A stretch of DNA of 64,000 nt. Source: the human T2T-CHM13v2.0 reference genome, Homo sapiens. The position numbers were made by a program, and so were the translations under genes. Numbering within the stretch: the stretch's first letter is position 1; every line of letters begins with the position of its first letter. Below, piece by piece: positions 57,101 to 64,000 of this stretch. The stretch is from assembly GCF_009914755.1 (NCBI RefSeq), contig NC_060943.1; one strand, 5' to 3'. Under the pieces are notes generated by a model. The model saw only the letters and a program-made list of their open reading frames with translations, had not been told where the DNA came from and did not search any database.

Positions 57101-60100
57101 TTGGAGTGCTTTGAAGCCTTCCTTGGAAACGGGAATATCTTCACATAAAAACTAGACATAAGCATTCTCAGAAACTCCTTTGTGATCTGTCCATTCAGCT
57201 CACAGAGTTGAACCTTCCTTTTGATAGAGCAGTTTTGAAACACTCTTTCTGTAGAGTCTGCAAGTGGATATCAGGAGCGCTTTGAGGCCTATGGTAGAAA
57301 AAGAAATATCTGCATATAAAAACTAGACAGAAGCATTCTGAGAAACTTCTTTGTGATGTTTGCATTCAACTACCAGAGTTGAACCTTCCTTTTGATAGAG
57401 CAGTTTTGAAACATTCTTTGTGTAGAATCTGCATGTGGATATCAGGAGCGCTTTGAGGCCTATGGCAGAAAAAGAAATATCTGGCTCTAAAAACTAGACA
57501 GAAGCATTCTGAGAAACTTCTTTGTGATGTTTGCATTCAACTACCAGAGTTGAACCTTCCTTTTGATAGAGCAGTTTTGAAACACTCTTTGTGTAGAATC
57601 TGCATGTGGATATCTGGAGCGATTTGAGGCCTATGGTCAAAAAGGAAATATCTTCCTATGAAAAACAGACAAAAGCATTCTCAGAAACTACTTAGAGATA
57701 TGTGCATTCAACTCACAGAGTTGAAACTTTTTTTTGATAGAGCAGTTTTGAAACAATCTGTAGAATCTGAAAGTGGATATTTGGAGCTATTTGAGGGCTA
57801 TGGTGGAAAAGAAAATATATTCCCATTAAACTAGACAGAAGCATCCTCAGAAACTTCTTTGTGATGTTTGCATTAAACTCACAGAGTTGAACATACCTTT
57901 CCATAGAGCAGTTTTGAAACACTCTTTTTGGGGAATCCGCAAGTGGATATTTGGACCGCTTTGAGACCTTTGCTGGAAATGGGAATATCTTCACATATAA
58001 ACTAGACAGAAGCATTCTCGGAAACTTCTTCGTGATGTGTGCATTCTGCTCCCAAAGTTGAACCTTCCTTTTCATAAAGCAGTTTTGAAACACTCTTTTG
58101 TACAATCTACCATTGGATATGTGGAAGGCTTTGATGCCCATGGTAGAAAAGGAAACATCCTCATATAAAATCTAGACAGAAGGATTCACAGAAACTGCTG
58201 TGTGATGTGTGCATCCAAATCACGGAGTTGAACTTTTCTTTTGTTAGAGCAGTTTTGAAACCCTGTTTCCGTGGAATCTGCCAGTGGACATTTGGAGCGC
58301 ATTGAGGGCTATGGTGGAGAAGGAAATATCTTCACATAAAAACTAGAAAGAAGCATTCTCAGAAACATCTATGTGAAGTGTGCATTCAACTCACAGAGTT
58401 GAACCTTCCTTTTGATAGAAGAGTTTTGAAACACTCTTTTGTACAATTGCAGGTGAATATTTGGAGCGCTTTGAAGCCTTTGTTGGAAATGGGAATATCC
58501 TCACATAAAAACTAGCCAGAAGCATTCTCAGAAACTTCTTTGTGATGTGTGCATTGAACCCAGAGAGATGAACCGTTCCTTTGAGAGAGCAGTTTTGAAA
58601 CGTGTTTTTGTAAGATCTGCAAGTGGATATTAGGGGCGCTTTGAGTCCTTAGGTGGAAACGGGAATATCTTCGAATAAAAACTAGACAGAATTATTCTCA
58701 GAATCTTCTTTGTGATGTGGGCATTCAACTAACACAGTTGAACATTTCTTTTGACAGAGCAGTTCTGAAACACTCTTTTTGTAGAATCCGCCAGTGGATA
58801 TTTGGAGCGCTTTGAGGGCTATTGTGCAAATGGAAATATCTACACCTAAAAACTAGACCGAAGCAATCCCAGAAACTACTTTGTGATGTTTGCATTCAAC
58901 TCACAGAGTTGAACCTACCTCTTCATAGAGCAGTTTGGAAAACCTCTTTTTGTAGAATCTGCAAGTGGATATTTGGACCACTTTGAGGCCTTCATAGGAA
59001 ACAGTACTATCTTCACATAAAAACTAGGTAGAAGCATTCTCAGAAACTTCTTTGTGATGTGTGAATTCAACTCACAGTGTTGAACCTTCCTTTAATAGAG
59101 CAGTTTTGAAACACTCTTTTTGTAGAATCTGCCAGTAGATATTTGGAGCGCTTTGAGGCCTTCGTTGGAAACCGGAATATCTTCACATAAAAAGTAGATA
59201 GAGGCATTCTCAGAAACTTTTTTGTGATATGTAGATTCAACTCACAGCGCTGAACCTTTCTTTTGATAGAGCAGTTTTGAAAAACTCTTTTATCGAATCT
59301 GCAAGTAGACATTTGGAGTGCTTTGAGGGCTGTGGTCGAAAAGGAAATATCTTCACATAGAAACTAGACTGAAGCATTCTCAGCAACTTCTTTGTGACGT
59401 TTGCATTCATCTCACAGTGTTGAACATACCTTTTCATAGAGCAGTTTTGAGACACTATTTTTGTAGTATCTGCAAGTGGATATTTGGACTGCTTTGAGGC
59501 CTTCATTGGAAACGGGAATATCTTCACATAAACACTAGACAGAAGCATTCTCTGAAACTTCTTTGTGATGTGTGTATTCAACTCACAGAGTTGAACCATC
59601 TTTTTTATGGAGCGGTTTTGAAACAGTGTTTTTGTAGAATCAGCAAGTGGATATTGGGAGCGCTTTGAGGCCTCTGGTGGAAAGGGAATGTCTTCACATA
59701 AAAACTGGACAGAAGCATTCTCAGAAACATCTTTGTGATGTTTGCATTCAACTCACAGAGTTGATCCTTCCTTTTAATAGGGCAGTTTTGCAACACTCTT
59801 TTTGTAGAATGCACCAGTGGGCTTTTGGAGCACGTCAAGGGCTATGGTGAAAAAGGAAATATCTTCACATAAAAACTAGACAGAAGTATTGTGTAAAACT
59901 CCTTTGTGATGTTTGCATTCAACTCAGAAAGTTGAACTTCTCTTTATATAGTCCAGTTTTCAAACACTATTTTTGTAGAATCTGCAAGTGGATACTGGGA
60001 CTGCTTTGAGGCTATCGTTGGAAACAGGATTATCTTCACATAAAAACTAGACTGAAGGATTCTTAGAAACTTCTTTGTGATGTGTGCATTCAACTCACCG

Positions 60101-63100
60101 AGTGGAACCTCACTTTTGATAGAGCAGTGTTGAAAGACACTTGTTGTAGAATCTGCAGGTGGATATTTGGAGTGCTTTGAAGCCTTCCTTGGAAACGGGA
60201 ATATCTTCACATAAAAACTAGACATAAGCATTCTCAGAAACTCCTTTGTGATCTGTCCATTCAGCTCACAGAGTTGAACCTTCCTTTTGATAGAGCAGTT
60301 TTGAAACACTCTTTCTGTAGAGTCTGCAAGTGGATATCAGGAGCGCTTTGAGGCCTATGGTAGAAAAAGAAATATCTGTATATAAAAACTAGACAGAAGC
60401 ATTCTGAGAAACTTCTTTGTGATGTTTGCATTCAACTACCAGAGTTGAACCTTCCTTTTGATAGAGCAGTTTTGAAACACTCTTTGTGTAGAATCTGCAT
60501 GTGGATATCAGGAGCGCTTTGAGGCCTATGGCAGAAAAAGAAATATCTGGCTCTAAAAACTAGACAGAAGCATTCTGAGAAACTTCTTTGTGATGTTTGC
60601 ATTCAACTACCAGAGTTGAACCTTCCTTTTGATAGAGCAGTTTTGAAACACTCTTTGTGTAGAATCTGCATGTGGATATCTGGAGCGATTTGAGGCCTAT
60701 GGTCAAAAAGGAAATATCTTCCTATGAAAAACAGACAAAAGCATTCTCACAAACTACTTTGAGATATGTGCATTCAACTCACAGAGTTGAAACTTTTTTT
60801 TGATAGAGCAGTTTTGAAACACTCTGTAGAATCTGAAAGTGGATATTTGGAGCTATTTGAGGGCTATGGTGGAAAGGAAAATATATTCCCATTAAACTAG
60901 ACAGAAGCATCCTCAGAAACTTCTTTATGATGTTTGCATTAAACTCACAGAGTTGAACATACCTTTCCATAGAGCAGTTTTGAAACACTCTTTTTGGGGA
61001 ATCCGCAAGTGGATATTTGGACCGCTTTGAGACCTTTGCTGGAAATGGGAATATCTTCACATATAAAGTAGACAGAATCATTCTCGGAAACTTCTTCCTG
61101 ATGTGTGCATTCTGCTCCCAAATTTGAACCTTCTTCTTCATAAAGCAGTTTTGAAACACTCTTTTGTACAATCTACCATTGGATATGTGGAAGGCTTTGA
61201 TGCCCATGGTAGAAAAGGATACATCCTCATATAAAATCTAGACAGAAGGATTCACAGAAACTGCTGTGTGATGTGTGCATCCAAATCACGGAGTTGAACT
61301 TTTCTTTTGTTAGAGCAGTTTTGAAACCCTGTTTCCGTGGAATCTGCCAGTGGACATTTGGAGCGCATTGAGGGCTATGGTGGAGAAGGAAATATCTTCA
61401 CATAAAAACTAGAAAGAAGCATTCTCAGAAACATCTATGTGAAGTGTGCATTCAACTCACAGAGTTGAACCTTCCTTTTGATAGAAGAGTTTTGAAACAC
61501 TCTTTTGTACAATTGCAGGTGAATATTTGGAGCGCTTTGAAGCCTTTGTTGGAAATGGGAATATCCTCACATAAAAACTAGCCAGAAGCATTCTCAGAAA
61601 CTTCTTTGTGATGTGTGCATTGAACCCAGAGAGATGAACCGTTCCTTTGAGAGAGCAGTTTTGAAACGTGTTTTTGTAAGATCTGCAAGTGGATATTTGG
61701 GGCGCTTTGAGTCCTTAGGTGGAAACGGGAATATCTTCGAATAAAAACTAGACAGAATTATTCTCAGAATCTTCTTTGTGATGTGGGCATTCAACTAACA
61801 CAGTTGAACATTTCTTTTGACAGAGCAGTTCTGAAACACTCTTTTTGTAGAATCCGCCAGTGGATATTTGGAGCGCTTTGAGGGCTATTGTGCAAATGGA
61901 AATATCTTCACCTAAAAACTAGACCGAAGCAATCCCAGAAACTACTTTGTGATGTTTGCATTCAACTCACAGAGTTGAACCTACCTCTTCATAGAGCAGT
62001 TTGGAAAACCTCTTTTTGTAGAATCTGCAAGTGGATATTTGGACCACTTTGAGGCCTTCATAGGAAACAGTACTATCTTCACATAAAAACTAGGTAGAAG
62101 CATTCTCAGAAACTTCTTTGTGATGTGTGAATTCAACTCACAGAGTTGAACCTTCCTTTAATAGAGCAGTTTTGAAACACTCTTTTTGTAGAATCTGCAA
62201 GTAGATATTTGGAGCGCTTAGAGGCCTTCGTTGGAAACCGGAATATCTTCACATAGAAAGTAGATAGAGGCATTCTCAGAAACTTTTTTGTGATATGTAG
62301 ATTCAACTCACAGCGCTGAACCTTTCTTTTGATAGAGCAGTTTTGAAAAACTCTTTTATCGAATCTGCAAGTAGACATTTGGAGTGCTTTGAGGGCTGTG
62401 GTCGAAAAGGAAATATCTTCACATAGAAACTAGACTGAAGCATTCTCAGCAACTTCTTTGTGACGTTTGCATTCATCTCACAGTGTTGAACATACCTTTT
62501 CATAGAGCAGTTTTGAAACACTATTTTTGTAGTATCTGCAAGTGGATATTTGGACTGCTTTGAGGCCTTCATTGGAAACGGGAATATCTTCACATAAACA
62601 CTAGACAGAAGCATTCTCTGAAACTTCTTTGTGATGTGTGTATTCAACTCACAGAGTTGAACCATCTTTTTTATGGAGCGGTTTTGAAACAGTGTTTTTG
62701 TAGAATCAGCAAGTGGATATTGGGAGCGCTTTGAGGCCTCTGGTGGAAAGGGAATGTCTTCACATAAAAACTGGACAAAAGCATTCTCAGAAACATCTTT
62801 GTGATGTTTGCATTCAACTCACAGAGTTGATCCTTCCTTTTAATAGGGCAGTTTTGCAACACTCTTTTTGTAGAATGCACCAGTGGGCTTTTGGAGCACG
62901 TCAAGGGCTATGGTGAAAAAGGAAATATCTTCACATAAAAACTAGACAGAAGTATTCTCTAAAACTCCTTTGTGATGTTTGCATTCAACTCAGAAAGTTG
63001 AACTTCTCTTTATATAGTCCAGTTTTCAAACACTATTTTTGTAGAATCTGCAAGTGGATACTGGGACTGCTTTGAGGCCTTCGTTGGAAACAGGATTATC

Positions 63101-64000
63101 TTCTCATAAAAACTAGACTGAAGGATTCTTAGAAACTTCTTTGTGATGTGTGCATTCAACTCACCGAGTGGAACCTCACTTTTGATAGAGCAGTGTTGAA
63201 AGACACTTGTTGTAGAATCTGCAGGTGGATATTTGGAGTGCTTTGAAGCCTTCCTTGGAAACGGGAATATCTTCACATAAAAACTAGACATAAGCATTCT
63301 CAGAAACTCCTTTGTGATCTGTCCATTCAGCTCACAGAGTTGAACCTTCCTTTTGATAGAGAAGTTTTGAAACACTCTTTCTGTAGAGTCTGCAAGTGGA
63401 TATCTGGAGCGCTTTGAGGCCTATGGTAGAAAAAGAAATATCTGCATATAAAAACTAGACAGAAGCATTCTGAGAAACTTCTTTGTGATGTTTGCATTCA
63501 ACTACCAGAGTTGAACCTTCCTTTTGATAGAGCAGTTTTGAAACACTCTTTGTGTAGAATCTGCATGTGGATATCAGGAGCGCTTTGAGGCCTATGGCAG
63601 AAAAAGAAATATCTGGCTCTAAAAACTAGACAGAAGCATTCTGAGAAACTTCTTTGTGATGTTTGCATTCAACTACCAGAGTTGAACCTTCCTTTTGATA
63701 GAGCAGTTTTGAAACACTCTTTGTGTAGAATCTGCATGTGGATATCTGGAGCGATTTGAGGCCTATGGTCAAAAAGGAAATATCTTCCTATGAAAAACAG
63801 ACAAAAGCATTCTCAGAAACTACTTTGAGATATGTGCATTCAACTCACAGAGTTGAAACTTTTTTTTGATAGAGCAGTTTTGAAACACTCTGTAGAATCT
63901 GAAAGTGGATATTTGGAGCTATTTGAGGGCTATGGTGGAAAGGAAAATATATTCCCATTAAACTAGACAGAAGCATCCTCAGAAACTTCTTTATGATGTT

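Larger units (their letters stand above)
18811..64000 (+). repeat. Alpha satellite higher-order repeat array (17-mer/18-mer, one 16-mer), SF5-like irregular A/B organisation
   Basis: Unit starts (TATTCTGTAAAACTCC or 1-bp variants) are at 18847, 21743, 24638, 27704, 30599, 33665, 36559, 39454, 42178, 45072, 47966, 50860, 53755, 56821, 59887 and 62953. Lengths are 2896, 2895, 3066, 2895, 3066, 2894, 2895, 2724, 2894, 2894, 2894, 2895, 3066, 3066, 3066 and partial. Units differ only by scattered SNPs. My box-type reading of the 17-mer is BBAAABAABBABBABAA. Confidence 0.98.

Noticed and set aside
18904-63375. Recurrent 64-142 aa ORFs (MFQNCSIKRKVQLCELN..., MGIKAFHISNG..., MDIGSALRP...) that look like a repeated operon
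   Set aside because: They are translations of the 171-bp (57-codon) satellite and recur only because the HOR repeats. They have no recognisable domains, and some are freely broken by SNPs (e.g. the 66-aa frame in units 10-14).
18847-64000. CRISPR-like repeat/spacer appearance
   Set aside because: The whole 171-bp unit is homologous from monomer to monomer. There are no unique spacers and no cas genes, and the context is eukaryotic satellite.

Overview
This window is primate (most likely human or great-ape) centromere-edge DNA. It contains no genuine host genes, RNA genes or CRISPR arrays. Positions 1 to ~18.8 kb are diverged monomeric alpha satellite (~171-bp monomers, A/pJalpha type, no canonical CENP-B box seen). 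This flank splits into at least two sequence layers, carries small relic tandem duplications, and is interrupted by two dead minus-strand LINE-1 (L1PA-type) insertions of ~5.1 kb and ~1.2 kb. At ~18811-18826 it joins in register to a highly homogeneous higher-order repeat (HOR) array that runs to the window end. The array has 15 complete units plus one partial: 17-mers (2894-2896 bp), 18-mers (3066 bp) and one 16-mer (2724 bp). It has an irregular A/B monomer order (SF5/R1R2-like by inference) and at most one intact CENP-B box per unit. All satellite is in one orientation. The many repeated short ORFs are satellite artefacts. I do not see evidence of a new protein-coding system; the points of interest are structural and evolutionary (HOR variants, CENP-B box loss, conversion tracts, L1 targeting).
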